Assembly: GCA_963667175.2 (NCBI GenBank)
Contig: CAXXXF010000012.1
Coordinates: 224,001 to 288,000, forward strand
Direction of reading: 5' to 3'
DNA length: 64,000 nucleotides
Origin: Candidatus Latescibacterota bacterium
GTDB lineage: Bacteria > Latescibacterota > UBA2968 > GCA-2709665
In this document: in pieces, positions 1-10,165 of the stretch
How positions within the stretch are numbered: the stretch's first letter is position 1
Layout of the letters: the number at the start of each line of letters is the position of its first letter
The notes under the pieces: model-generated
Seen by the model: the letters and a program-made list of their open reading frames with translations, nothing else
Database searches by the model: none
Told to the model about the DNA's origin: nothing
Made by a program: the position numbers and the translations under genes

Positions 1-624
1 GTTCAGGACGACCTCCAGGTCCGGGAAGTCCTGTTTCAGACGATACACCACGTCGTATCGCAGCGGGGGGATCTCGCGGTTCTGCTTCGGACTCAATCCT
101 TGCAGCCACGCCTTTCTGGCGTGGATGACGAACACGCGGCATCCGGCGCCGGAAACCGTCCGTACGAAATGCGCCAGGTCCGCGTAGGAATCCCTGTTGT
201 CGATACCAATCCTCGTCTTCACGGTGACCGGGACTTCCACCGATTCGCGCATGGCCGCCACGCAACGTGCGACCAGATCGGGCTCCGCCATGAGGCAGGC
301 GCCGAACCGGCCTGCCTGCACGCGGTCGCTCGGGCAGCCCACGTTGAGATTGATCTCGTCATAATCGTAGTCCTGGCCGATCCGCGCACAGCGCGCCAGC
401 GCCGCCGGATCGCTTCCTCCCAGCTGAAGCGCCACCGGATGCTCCCGGCGATGGTATTTCAGAAGCTGCTCGCGTCGGCCCCGGAGGACCGCATCGGCGG
501 TTATCATCTCGGTGTAGAGCAGGATGCGCCGCGAAAACAGCCTCAGGAAATACCGTTCGTGCCTGTCCGTCCAGTCCATCATCGGTGCGACCGACAGGCG
601 TCTGTTGAACGTCTCTTCCGCCAA
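1..624 (-). CDS. dusA: tRNA dihydrouridine(20/20a) synthase DusA (partial, runs off left edge)
   Basis: Not in the ORF track. Manual minus-strand translation gives [21 protein letters not shown] ... [37 protein letters not shown], typical of DusA. TTG start assumed. Confidence 0.92.
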   Translation of the reverse strand, partial: MAEETFNRRLSVAPMMDWTDRHERYFLRLFSRRILLYTEMITADAVLRGRREQLLKYHRREHPVALQLGGSDPAALARCARIGQDYDYDEINLNVGCPSDRVQAGRFGACLMAEPDLVARCVAAMRESVEVPVTVKTRIGIDNRDSYADLAHFVRTVSGAGCRVFVIHARKAWLQGLSPKQNREIPPLRYDVVYRLKQDFPDLEVVLN

Positions 625-792
625 CGTCAGACTCCGGCTCAGGTGAAAGACCGTACGGCCGGCGGCGGCGCGGCCCGCGTCAATCTGCAGCCGGCCTGAA
701 GGAGGACCCCGATACCTATCTTCTCTACTCCGTCGCCGGTGAATACGGAATCGCAATTGCGAAGATAACGGAGTGACACGCGCCGTGCCACG

Positions 793-841
793 AAAAACCG
801 AACGGCGGGATTTCACGCCTCGTGCGCGTGGAACCCCGCCG
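793..841 (-). terminator. Probable intrinsic terminator
   Basis: cggcggg...cccgccg stem followed by a T-run on the minus strand, just downstream of the 878 stop. Confidence 0.55.
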
Positions 842-877
842 CTCTGGTCCTGGTCAACCGCAGCCGGACCGGTTCAA

Positions 878-2023
878 TTACCCGGCGGCCGGCAGTCCGA
901 GTTCTTCCGCATTCACGATACTCGGACAGGCGTTGGGCGCGCCGTCGCCCAGAAATGGCAGGACGTCGTCCTGGTCCGCCCACGCGGGAAAGCCCCGTAG
1001 AACGCCGGCGACATTGCTGGCGGCGAGTGTCGCCATACCTTCGCGGGTCCAACTCGTCGCAGACGCGATGTGGGGGACGATCACCACGTTGTTCAGTTCA
1101 TTCAATCCGGGCTTCATTTCCGGCTCGTCTTCAAAAACGTCGAGCCCGACCCTGAAGTCAGGATTTTTCCTGCAGTGCGCCACGAGCGCGGTTTCGTCGA
1201 TAACGGGGCCCCGGCTGGCATTTACGAGAATCGCATCGGACTTCATCAGGTTCAGGCGTTCCTCGTTCATCAGGTGGTGGGTCGTCGGATCCAGAAGCGG
1301 ATGCAGGCTCACCACGTCGGCCTCGCGCAACACCTGTTCCGCGGTGTCTGCCCTGCGAACACTCACGGGCTCCTCGCCGTGAGCCTCCAGAAACGCGGCG
1401 TAGTCCCGAATGTAATCTTCGAGTCGTTCATTCGGGTAGGGGTCGTAATAGATGAAGTTCATCTTGAATCCTTCGACCATCATTCGCGCATACGTCGCGC
1501 CGATTCGCCCGGCGCCAATCACGCCGACGGTCTTCCGGTTGAGCAACTGCCCCAGGAACAGCGTGGGCAGCCATCCCTCGTACCTGCCGCCGCGCATGTA
1601 CTCGTCGGCCTCCACCACGCGGCGCGCGGCCGAGAACGTCAGCGCGGTCGCCATTTCGGCCGTGGTTTCCGTCAATACGCCTGGCGTGTTTCCCACGGGA
1701 ATTCCATGCCGTATGGCCGCCTCCACGTCCACGTTGTTATAGCCTACCGCGTAGTTGCTGTAGGCTTTGCCGCCGGCCGCTTTCAGTGCCGAAAAGAGCG
1801 GTTCGCCCCAATCTTCGGTGAGCTGCCCGATCACGCCGTCGCAACGATCGCCGATTGCGGCCGTGATTTCATCCACCTGCAGGATCCGGGTGGAAGTACT
1901 GTATTCAACGCGACAGCCCGCCCCTTTCAGAATATCCAGCCAGCGGTCGCCGGGAAGCTCCTTGGTAACCACCACGCGCAGATTCCCCGAAGCATTGACC
2001 GTCGTCCACTCATTGGCAGCCAA
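878..2023 (-). CDS. D-glycerate dehydrogenase / hydroxypyruvate reductase (plant HPR1-like)
   Basis: D-2-hydroxyacid dehydrogenase motifs GVIGAGRIG, VNASRGPVID, GLDVFEDEP, PHIASA. GGAGG-type RBS before TTG at 2023. Confidence 0.9.
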   Translation of the reverse strand: MAANEWTTVNASGNLRVVVTKELPGDRWLDILKGAGCRVEYSTSTRILQVDEITAAIGDRCDGVIGQLTEDWGEPLFSALKAAGGKAYSNYAVGYNNVDVEAAIRHGIPVGNTPGVLTETTAEMATALTFSAARRVVEADEYMRGGRYEGWLPTLFLGQLLNRKTVGVIGAGRIGATYARMMVEGFKMNFIYYDPYPNERLEDYIRDYAAFLEAHGEEPVSVRRADTAEQVLREADVVSLHPLLDPTTHHLMNEERLNLMKSDAILVNASRGPVIDETALVAHCRKNPDFRVGLDVFEDEPEMKPGLNELNNVVIVPHIASATSWTREGMATLAASNVAGVLRGFPAWADQDDVLPFLGDGAPNACPSIVNAEELGLPAAG

Positions 2024-2222
2024 AACACGCCCTCCTTGGAAATTGAAAATAGGATTGGATGCGGTCAAACCGCGGTGGCTCGGACCGGATCCGGTTCCAA
2101 AAATCCGCCTGATTGTCCGTCGAATATACGCAATCGGGTCGACCGATACAAGATTGCGGACGAGGAGCCGGAATCAGATGCGCAACCGGGCCGTCGCCCG
2201 CGCCGTACCGGAACGCCGGAAC

Positions 2223-3272
2223 TCAATGGATCCTGTAATCCGGAACGGCGACCGGCGCGCTTCCCTGTTGAGCCGACAGATGCGCGCACAGACCCGGTAC
2301 CGAAAAGTCCAGGGACCGGTAGACGTCTATCGGTACGGGACCCTGGCCGTTAACGGCCCGCACGAACCGGTCCACCATGAAGTACTCCGAGGTCCCGTGC
2401 CCACCGGCACGCGCCCCGGCAGGCGCGTCGGGATCGGAGTCCAGTGCCTGGATTTTCTCCATTGCCCCCTCACCCGCACGGAAAATCTTGGCGTCTTCCC
2501 AAGTCGCCCGTCTGTTTTCCAGCGTACCCTCGGTACCGTAGAAGATCTGCCAGTGCATCCCGGGCTCCCTGGTCACCGTAAACCCGCACAGGATCTTGAT
2601 GACGTTACCCTTCTCGGTCCGGAACAACCCCACCTGCATGTCAATCGAGCCGATCTCGGGCTCGGTATGCGTGCCCGTCGACATGCCCACCGCGGAAACA
2701 CATCGGTCGTCCAGGATATCCAATACCGGACCGAGGCTGTGGGTACAGTAATGAATCGGCGGCATCGACGCCCGCCACGTCAGTTCTCCCCCAGGACCCT
2801 GCATCAGTTTCCTGCAATCGTGTATATACTCCGCTTCGGCATAGAAGACTCGCCCAATCGCGCCGGATTGAATCTTCGCCTTCCAGTCCTGAACATAATG
2901 GTAGAAGTTCATATTCTCTGCCATCATGTAGATCCGCCCGGTGCGGCGAACGGCCTCGGCCAGCGCGTCGGATTCGTCCAGCGACCAGGCGGCTGGAACC
3001 TCGCTCAGGACGTGCGCGCCGGCTTCCATTGCCCGAATGGAATGGTCCGCGTGCATGGGCGCCGGCGTCGCCACAACGACGACGTCCAGATCCGCCGCCA
3101 GAAACGCGTCGAAATCCGCGTACGCCGATTCAGTGCGAACGACGTCTGCAGCCCGCTCCCGCCATTCCGCTACTGGATCGCAGATCGCCGCAAGTCGCGC
3201 TTCCGGATGGTTCTGAAACGTATTCGCAAGGCTTCGGCCACGCCTCAAACCGGCAACCCCGACCTTTAACAT
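2223..3272 (-). CDS. Gfo/Idh/MocA family oxidoreductase
   Basis: N-terminal Rossmann KVGVAGLRRG, VVATPAPMHA, HVLSEVP. Confidence 0.88.
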   Translation of the reverse strand: MLKVGVAGLRRGRSLANTFQNHPEARLAAICDPVAEWRERAADVVRTESAYADFDAFLAADLDVVVVATPAPMHADHSIRAMEAGAHVLSEVPAAWSLDESDALAEAVRRTGRIYMMAENMNFYHYVQDWKAKIQSGAIGRVFYAEAEYIHDCRKLMQGPGGELTWRASMPPIHYCTHSLGPVLDILDDRCVSAVGMSTGTHTEPEIGSIDMQVGLFRTEKGNVIKILCGFTVTREPGMHWQIFYGTEGTLENRRATWEDAKIFRAGEGAMEKIQALDSDPDAPAGARAGGHGTSEYFMVDRFVRAVNGQGPVPIDVYRSLDFSVPGLCAHLSAQQGSAPVAVPDYRIH

Positions 3273-3335
3273 ATCTCCTTCCCGGGCAGGACGGGACGGA
3301 TCCGTGAGACTTCAGGGCCGTCACCGTCTTCCGCA

Positions 3336-6300
3336 TCAGACCCGCTCAACAACGGGCTCGATGGACAGATAGGGTTCGGCCGACCGGGGGCGTCCGTTGC
3401 CGTCCATCATCGCCGCGGCCGCCTGATACGCCGCCTTGATCTTGGGGCGGATCACCTCGCGATAACCGCGCACTTCCTCCGGCATGCGGAACACCCGCAC
3501 GTAGTCCCCGTAACGTTCGTCATGATCGAATTCGAACCGGTCGACGAAATTGACGTACCAGTCGCGGTACGCCTTTTCCTCCCGATGCCACGCCGGCATC
3601 AACTTCCGCAGGAATTTCATTCGTTTCATCAACTTCAGCATCCAGTCCCGGGTGGTCAGCTTGAGATACACGTTGAACCCGAGAATATTGAAATTGCCCC
3701 GGTTGAAGTGTCGGTAGGAAATCCGGTCTCCGCGCTCGGCGCTCACGTTGAATCGCTCGCGGTCGCGCCTGTACTTTTCTTCACTTGTCAGCAGATGCGC
3801 GACGTACACTTCATCCTTGTAAGCCATCACGCGGGGCAGATACCTGATGACCGCGCGGGTCGCCTCGTATCCCTCCTCGGGGCGGTCTTTTTCGTACACC
3901 TTTCGCACCCGCCTCACGTAAGACCTGGCGTAGTCCGCGCCATCCCACTGCATCAGATCGTACACACCCAGGGCAAACTGCAGACGATCCTCTTCGGCAA
4001 GGTCCAGCGGCGCAGCCTCGGCGGTCAGTTCGAGGTACGCCGCGCTCGCTTTCCTGCCCCGTCCCCGTTCAAGAATGCCGGCCTTGTCTTCAATCAGTTC
4101 GTTGGAGGAAAGCGAGGGTTTCTCCTTCGCGACGACTTCCGGATCGATGGCGATCTTGCGGCCCAGATCAAAGGCCCTGAAATTGGACTCGAGGTCGCTG
4201 CGTTTAATGTTGCGCCGCATCGACCATCTTATGTTCTCCAGATCCAGCGGCAGCACGCCCCGCTGATACGCAACCCCGAGAAGGATGCTGTTCGCGTAAA
4301 TCTTGTTGCCCAGAAAACGCTCCGATATTTCCCCGAGGTCCATCCCGAAATACGCCTCGGATCTGGTGTGACGCTTCAGTACCTCCTCCAACCGGGCGGT
4401 ATCGAATTCGTCCTGGCCGGTAAGCGTAAGTACCGTGTGCCGCTTCCCCGTCTCCACCACCGCGGTTGTATGTCTCGGGCTGGCCACACGCCCGTTACCC
4501 ATGGACTCCAGACCGCGCACCGCCTCCAGGATATCCAGGCCCAGAAGCAAGTCGGCATGACCGTAGGGGGTGATCTGGGAAATCACGCGGTCGCCCTTCG
4601 CGAAGCTCACGTGGGAATAGACGGCCCCGTTTCGGATCGCCAACCCCTTCTTGTTGGTAAACCGGACGGTATACCCCTGCCGGGCGCCGGCCACGGAGAG
4701 AATCGCGGCGATGGTATTGATGCCCATGCCGCCCACCCCGGCGATGTACGCGTACCAGGTGGCGTCAAACGCCTTGACGTCGGGCGCCGGCAGATTCGAA
4801 AGGTCGATGGCTTCCGTCTGTCGCCGCGTGGCCCGGGAGCGCTTTACGATGACCTCCTCGAACGACGGGCAGGTGCCGTCGCCGTTCGAAACGGTCACCC
4901 GTGTGCAGGCGCCGTCCGCGACGCACAGGGACAGATCCGTGGCAATTTTCGGACCGTGGAGCGTCTCCTCCACCGTCAATCCGCTGCAACCGGTTGCCCG
5001 CGTGCATTCCAGGCAATATTCGCAGACCTCCGGCGTAATGTTGACGTGACGCTCCTCGGGCAGGTATCCCCTTTCCTGAACGATATCGTTCTGCAGGGCT
5101 CGCTGCCTGCGGTGGAAGGTGATTCCGCATTCCTTGTCCGCAATAATGATCTTCACGCCGTCCTTCAACAAAGCGCGCTCAAGGGTCTGCCGGTAGGACG
5201 TCCGCTCCGCCGGATTCATCCGCGCGATAAACACGCTTTCTCCGTCGCCCGCCATACCCCGCACAACCTGCTCGATATCCTGTGCGAACGTCGGCTTGCC
5301 GAGAATGTCCACGTCGACGCCAGGCGTGGGCTGGTGCCCCGTCATCGCCGTCGTCTTGTTGTCCAGAATGACGTAGGTAATGTCCTGGCCATGTTTGATG
5401 GAATCGGAAATCGCCGCCATGCCGCTATGGAAGAAAGTCGAGTCTCCCATAAAGACAAGCTGCTTGTTATCAATATAGGGATCGATCCCGGCGCCCGTGC
5501 CGCCGCCCAGACCCATACCGGACAAATTGTGCATCAGCCGGTCGAAAGGCTTGTATTTCAGCAGGGAATAGCAACCGATGTCGCCATGAAACACCAGGTC
5601 CGCGGGATCTTTCTGGTGGTGTTTCCTCATATAATCCGCGTTGCTGAAGTCGTCGATGACCCGATTCAACACACTGGCGGAGTCCCGATGCGGGCAACCG
5701 GGACAGAAGGAGGGCGTGCGAACCTCCGCCTGAACCCGGTAGTCGGCCGTTTCGTTTACAAGGTCCACTTCCCGCGAAATCCGGTCCCGGTCGACGGGGA
5801 CCGTGGGATCGTCCAGCTGCAGCAGCACGGGCGAGAGCGCCTTGAGCAGAATGGAGGGATTCATCCCCTTGCTGTCCGGAATGCCCGGTTGACCGCCGGG
5901 AAAGCGCTTCCCCCAGACCCGGAATGGGCCGATCATACCATCCTGATGCAGTCTCTGCAGCGCGGCTGTGACCTGTCCCTCCAGAAATCCGCGTTTCTCT
6001 TCCACGACGTAGACGTCATCGACGAACGCCACGAAGTCCTTCAGTATCTCCGGGTCTACGGGATACGTCAGCCCGTATTTCAGAATCGGAAAGCTTCCTT
6101 CCAGCCCCAGCATATTCATCACGTGCTCCAGATAGCAGTAGGCGAGGCTGGAACTGATGAATCCCACTCGCTTTTTCCCCGATTCAGGCGGATACAGAAT
6201 GCGATTCAGATTGTATTCACGGGCGCATTCGAGAAACTCCGGCATCCGTCGATGAAGGACGTCCTCCTCTTTGACGGCCGTGCTTGGCGGGATGATCACC

Positions 6301-6941
6301 CGGTCGTCCAGCGGAATCGACCCGCTGTCGATGGTCAAGGGCGTGTTCGCCGTCAGATCGGGAAAACGATTGGGCCCCACCTCGACCGTGCCTCCTCCAT
6401 CGGCCTGGTTGGAGGTAACCAGATAGGCCACGTAAAGGCGTGTCTTTTCCGACAGGTCGAACGCGGCCCCGATCCAGTCCTTGATTTCCTGAAACGTACT
6501 GGGCTCAAGAATGGGCATATAAAGATGTTTGGCAATAAACCGGGAATCAGCCGGCACCTGGGTGCCTTCGGACCAGGTATCGTCGCCGAACACCGCCACC
6601 GCCGCGCCTCCGGGCGCCGTGCCCGCCATATTGCCGAGAGCAAGCCCGTCGGACGCCACGTGGGCGCCCACGCTCTTCATCACCGCCATCGCGCGCACGG
6701 GCGCCATCTGGGAACCGTTGAGCCGCGCGGCGCTGAGCGCTTCGTTGTTGGCGATCTGCACGACAACGCCCTGCTCCACCAGCAGTTCCCGGATGCGTTC
6801 CGCGGCATCGAAGACCTCGGCGACCGGAGATCCCGGGTAGCCCGTAAGCATCCCCATGCGATGTTCCAGACCGCCCTTGACAATGAGCTCATTGCCGGTA
6901 AAGATCCCCACGCCTTCTTCCAGGAGAAATCTCGGATCCAC
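3336..6941 (-). CDS. Indolepyruvate ferredoxin oxidoreductase family protein (fused alpha/beta, DUF6537-like tail)
   Basis: GYPGSP, FCPGCPHR, GDIGCY, GDSTFFHSG TPP motif, ferredoxin cysteines, AGVGGMG beta domain. Start reassigned to GTG 6941 because the upstream ORF extension is a MITE. Confidence 0.88.
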   Translation of the reverse strand: MDPRFLLEEGVGIFTGNELIVKGGLEHRMGMLTGYPGSPVAEVFDAAERIRELLVEQGVVVQIANNEALSAARLNGSQMAPVRAMAVMKSVGAHVASDGLALGNMAGTAPGGAAVAVFGDDTWSEGTQVPADSRFIAKHLYMPILEPSTFQEIKDWIGAAFDLSEKTRLYVAYLVTSNQADGGGTVEVGPNRFPDLTANTPLTIDSGSIPLDDRVIIPPSTAVKEEDVLHRRMPEFLECAREYNLNRILYPPESGKKRVGFISSSLAYCYLEHVMNMLGLEGSFPILKYGLTYPVDPEILKDFVAFVDDVYVVEEKRGFLEGQVTAALQRLHQDGMIGPFRVWGKRFPGGQPGIPDSKGMNPSILLKALSPVLLQLDDPTVPVDRDRISREVDLVNETADYRVQAEVRTPSFCPGCPHRDSASVLNRVIDDFSNADYMRKHHQKDPADLVFHGDIGCYSLLKYKPFDRLMHNLSGMGLGGGTGAGIDPYIDNKQLVFMGDSTFFHSGMAAISDSIKHGQDITYVILDNKTTAMTGHQPTPGVDVDILGKPTFAQDIEQVVRGMAGDGESVFIARMNPAERTSYRQTLERALLKDGVKIIIADKECGITFHRRQRALQNDIVQERGYLPEERHVNITPEVCEYCLECTRATGCSGLTVEETLHGPKIATDLSLCVADGACTRVTVSNGDGTCPSFEEVIVKRSRATRRQTEAIDLSNLPAPDVKAFDATWYAYIAGVGGMGINTIAAILSVAGARQGYTVRFTNKKGLAIRNGAVYSHVSFAKGDRVISQITPYGHADLLLGLDILEAVRGLESMGNGRVASPRHTTAVVETGKRHTVLTLTGQDEFDTARLEEVLKRHTRSEAYFGMDLGEISERFLGNKIYANSILLGVAYQRGVLPLDLENIRWSMRRNIKRSDLESNFRAFDLGRKIAIDPEVVAKEKPSLSSNELIEDKAGILERGRGRKASAAYLELTAEAAPLDLAEEDRLQFALGVYDLMQWDGADYARSYVRRVRKVYEKDRPEEGYEATRAVIRYLPRVMAYKDEVYVAHLLTSEEKYRRDRERFNVSAERGDRISYRHFNRGNFNILGFNVYLKLTTRDWMLKLMKRMKFLRKLMPAWHREEKAYRDWYVNFVDRFEFDHDERYGDYVRVFRMPEEVRGYREVIRPKIKAAYQAAAAMMDGNGRPRSAEPYLSIEPVVERV

Positions 6942-6955
6942 GGCGAATTCCTTAG

Positions 6956-7164
6956 CAATCCGTTGAAAAAGCCGCTCTGCAGGCGAGGCCGAGTCATTGT
7001 CGCCGAAGACAAGGCGCGCCTGTCTGCGTGCGGACACGCACAGGCAGGCGACCGACGCGAATCCCTGGATTCGGGGAGGGAGCGCCTGCCTGCTGCAGGC
7101 AGGCAACGCCGTATTTCGGTCACAAGGGCCGGACGCAGACCGGATGGACTTTTTCAACGGGCTG
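6956..7164. mobile_element. MITE copy 1 (209 bp)
   Basis: Terminal inverted repeats caatccgttgaaaaag / ctttttcaacgggctg; body shared with 15620-15812 and 48204-48382. Confidence 0.85.
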
Positions 7165-7248
7165 TTTGGATAGTTCCGTGCCAAATACAACAACTGCCGC
7201 GAACCCGGAACCGCACGGGTTCCCCGGCTCCCGGCCCCTGACGGCGCA

Positions 7249-8625
7249 CTACTCGATCAGCCGCCAGTTCGGATTATACGTTTCCGCAGGATGGGTGGAG
7301 TGCACGAGTTCGAAAACACCTGCGCCGCGCCGGTCCATGAAAATGAACCGGACACCCCGCTGGTTTTCGTACGTCCAGACTTCAAACGGCTTCTCGTTGG
7401 ATGCCGCCAGATTGTATTGTATGTCGCTCGGCTCGCCGAACTTGATGTAGACCCGGCCCTTGTCCGTATCCGACCCCCGCTTTCCCCGGCTGGCAGCGTA
7501 GTTGTTCTCGGCAAAACGCATCCGCTGAATATGCTGGATCAGGCGTTCGTTCTCGTCGGTGGCCGGCGTAGGATCAAGGTCCTTCCAGAATGCTTTCAGG
7601 AACACCATCTGGTCCTGTCGGTTCGTCAGTTTCCTGTATTCCTTTACCTGCGAACCCCTGGCGATATATCGGATATCTCTGTAAAATCGAATGTTGTCCC
7701 GTTCCTCCTGGGTCAATTCGACGACTTCCTGCTGCCTGGCCAGCGAAACCATCCGCTTCACCCTGTGTACCGCGCGGTTGCTCCGATCCAGCGCTTCGAC
7801 GTGAAGATAGTAGGTGCCCGGAGGCAGATCGCCGGTGTTGAAGATCTCTGTTTTTACGGCGCTGGTCCCGGGTTTCATCAGCCGCTGGTCGGCAAACTTC
7901 GCAAGCACGGCGCCGGCTGTATCCAGCACGCTGTACCCCAGCAGAAACGTATTGTCCGCTCCCTCAGCCGGAGGCGAAAGGTGATAGATCTCGAAATAGA
8001 CTTCGATATCTCCGCCGGCGGGATAGGTCCGCGTGACGTTCGGGGTCACCAGCCAGCCGTATCTCGAAAACCGGCTGTCCGTCTCGGCTTTTGACAGCCC
8101 CGTTGCGAACAGAAGATCGCTGGATTTCAAGGTCTGCCCTTCAAAGTTCCGAACCTGCAACGCTCCTTCCGCCACCGCTTTCTTCTTCTCCTTGAGGTCT
8201 CGAATCGAAAGGGTCATCCGGTAGGCGCCGGGCTTCAGATCGAATCCGATCATATCGCGAAAGGGCAATCCGGCGCCTTCGACGTCGTCGGCGCTTTCAA
8301 CCCACACCTTGCGTTTCCAGGTCTCTTCGTTGACGACGGCGCCCGCGGAGTCGGTCAGGGAAACGGACAATTCCATTTCGGCTTCGTATCGTTTTCTCTT
8401 CCGCCTGAACTTCAACTGACTCGCATCGAGAAGAACGTAAATCTCCTGGCGGGTATATCCGACCGACGCCTGGAAGCCGGCGGTGTCGGTAAAAAACGCC
8501 AGATCGCCTTCGCCGATCAGAGGCAGGTCCACGCCCGTCGCCTCGCCGCAATGCCCGTTCGCGCACCAGAACGAAACGCCGGCAAACATCAGGACGCCTA
8601 TCCATAGCCGGTCTGCAGATCCCAT
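7249..8625 (-). CDS. GWxTD domain-containing exported protein
   Basis: Signal peptide; C-terminal FWKDLDPTPATDENE ... GSDTDKGRVYIKFGEP ... EVWTY. Confidence 0.85.
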   Translation of the reverse strand: MGSADRLWIGVLMFAGVSFWCANGHCGEATGVDLPLIGEGDLAFFTDTAGFQASVGYTRQEIYVLLDASQLKFRRKRKRYEAEMELSVSLTDSAGAVVNEETWKRKVWVESADDVEGAGLPFRDMIGFDLKPGAYRMTLSIRDLKEKKKAVAEGALQVRNFEGQTLKSSDLLFATGLSKAETDSRFSRYGWLVTPNVTRTYPAGGDIEVYFEIYHLSPPAEGADNTFLLGYSVLDTAGAVLAKFADQRLMKPGTSAVKTEIFNTGDLPPGTYYLHVEALDRSNRAVHRVKRMVSLARQQEVVELTQEERDNIRFYRDIRYIARGSQVKEYRKLTNRQDQMVFLKAFWKDLDPTPATDENERLIQHIQRMRFAENNYAASRGKRGSDTDKGRVYIKFGEPSDIQYNLAASNEKPFEVWTYENQRGVRFIFMDRRGAGVFELVHSTHPAETYNPNWRLIE

Positions 8626-8840
8626 TTCCCAGGTCTCCGAGATTGTCTGTAACGATTCAAATCCGGTGTCCCGTGCCGGTAACAGGTCGCCACTCTCCCC
8701 CGATTCCGGCGATCATCTCCCAGGACAGAACACCGAAATTCAACTGCGGCCTGGCGGCTTCCCGCCCGGAGCCGAAACAGGCAATGTATGGCACGCCGGC
8801 ATTCAAGTCAACTCCAAAGCGCCCGGGCAACCCGTCAGAC

Positions 8841-9227
8841 TCAGGCGTCGGGAGAGACGAAAATCTCATCCTCCCGGATACGTACGGGATATTTTCTGAC
8901 CTTGAAATGCGGCGCCTCGGTACAGGCGCCGGACTCGAGATCGAACGTGAGGTTGTGCCAGAAACAGGTCACCGTGCCGCCGCTGATCCCGTCCGTGCCG
9001 ATGGGTCGATGGTTGTGAGGACAGAAGTTGTCAATCGCCTCGATTCTGCCGCCGACGTTGAACAGCCCGATTTCACGTCCCATCATCGTCACCAGCTTGC
9101 CCTTTCCGGGCGGGACTTCCTGCATCGAAGCCACGCGAAAGAACCGCTGGCCGCAGCCTGAGCCGCCGGGGGCGGACCGACCGGTTCCACACCGGTCTTT
9201 CGGACGCCGTCGATTCAACTTGAACAC
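8841..9227 (-). CDS. Small Rieske [2Fe-2S] ferredoxin
   Basis: CPH...CFWH Rieske ligands and FDLESG; start uncertain. Confidence 0.8.
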   Translation of the reverse strand: MFKLNRRRPKDRCGTGRSAPGGSGCGQRFFRVASMQEVPPGKGKLVTMMGREIGLFNVGGRIEAIDNFCPHNHRPIGTDGISGGTVTCFWHNLTFDLESGACTEAPHFKVRKYPVRIREDEIFVSPDA

Positions 9228-9231
9228 GCAC

Positions 9232-10119
9232 TCACCCTGCAGAAACGTGGCTTGCGGCGTGGTAGGAACTCCGTACCAGCGGACCCGACTCCACGTGGCG
9301 AAAACCTCGCGTCTCCGCAAAAGTCCGGATCTTCCGGAATTCTTCCGGACGGTAGAATCTGGCGATGGAAACATGGGTCGGCGACGGCTGCAGATATTGA
9401 CCCACGGTGAGTATATCCGTTCCCTGTTCGGCAATGTCGTCGATGGTCCGGTACACCTCGTCCACGCTCTCGCCCGCGCCCACCATGATTCCAGACTTCG
9501 TTGCAATACGGGGGTCGGCCCTTCGGGCGCGCCTCAGCAGTTCGAGAGACCTGGCGTAATTCGCCTGCGGGCGCATCAGGCGGTACAGTCTGGGCGGGGT
9601 TTCCACGTTGTGGTTCAGAACGTCGGGACCGGCGGACGTCACTGTATCCAGAGCCGGCCAGTTTCCCTGAAAGTCCGGAATCAGGACTTCCACCCGTGTC
9701 TCGGGCCGCAACCGGCGGATCGCCCGGATGGTGGCTGCAAAAATCGACGCGCCTCCGTCCGGCAATTCGTCACGGTTCACGGAAGTCACGACGGCATGTC
9801 TCAGGCCCAGCCGCCGTACAGCTTCGGCGACCCGGCCGGGTTCTTCCAGGTCGAGGCCCTCCGGCCGCCCGGTCTTTACCGCGCAGAACCCGCAACTTCG
9901 GGTACAGATATCTCCCAGGATCATGAACGTGGCCGTACCGGCCCCCCAGCATTCGCCGATATTCGGACACCGCGCACTCTCGCAAACGGTGTGCAGGTCC
10001 AGTTCCCGCATCAGGCGTTTCAATTCCCGGTACCCGGCATTGCCGGGCGCGGGTACCCGGAACCAGTCGGGCAACCGCCGGTTTCTTCTCGGGTTCTGGT
10101 TTTCGATTTGCAGGATCAT
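9232..10119 (-). CDS. lipA: Lipoyl synthase
   Basis: [12 protein letters not shown] plus radical [11 protein letters not shown]; RSSYHA C-terminus. Confidence 0.96.
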   Translation of the reverse strand: MILQIENQNPRRNRRLPDWFRVPAPGNAGYRELKRLMRELDLHTVCESARCPNIGECWGAGTATFMILGDICTRSCGFCAVKTGRPEGLDLEEPGRVAEAVRRLGLRHAVVTSVNRDELPDGGASIFAATIRAIRRLRPETRVEVLIPDFQGNWPALDTVTSAGPDVLNHNVETPPRLYRLMRPQANYARSLELLRRARRADPRIATKSGIMVGAGESVDEVYRTIDDIAEQGTDILTVGQYLQPSPTHVSIARFYRPEEFRKIRTFAETRGFRHVESGPLVRSSYHAASHVSAG

Positions 10120-10165
10120 AAATGCGTCGCGGCACGGCGTCGATTGCCATGCCCCTCACGACAAC

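Noticed and set aside
1-780. dusA as an island integration site
   Set aside because: No integrase or duplicated dusA 5' fragment nearby.
6942-7193. N-terminal extension of the IOR ORF, and small ORFs at 15410-15763 and 48028-48405 sharing a peptide
   Set aside because: These are translations of the MITE; the shared peptide reflects the repeat, not a protein family.
3522-7241. 1239-aa plus-strand ORF and other long antisense ORFs (e.g. 1767-3269, 36099-37796, 44895-46466)
   Set aside because: Shadow frames of well-supported opposite-strand genes in high-GC DNA; no recognisable motifs.
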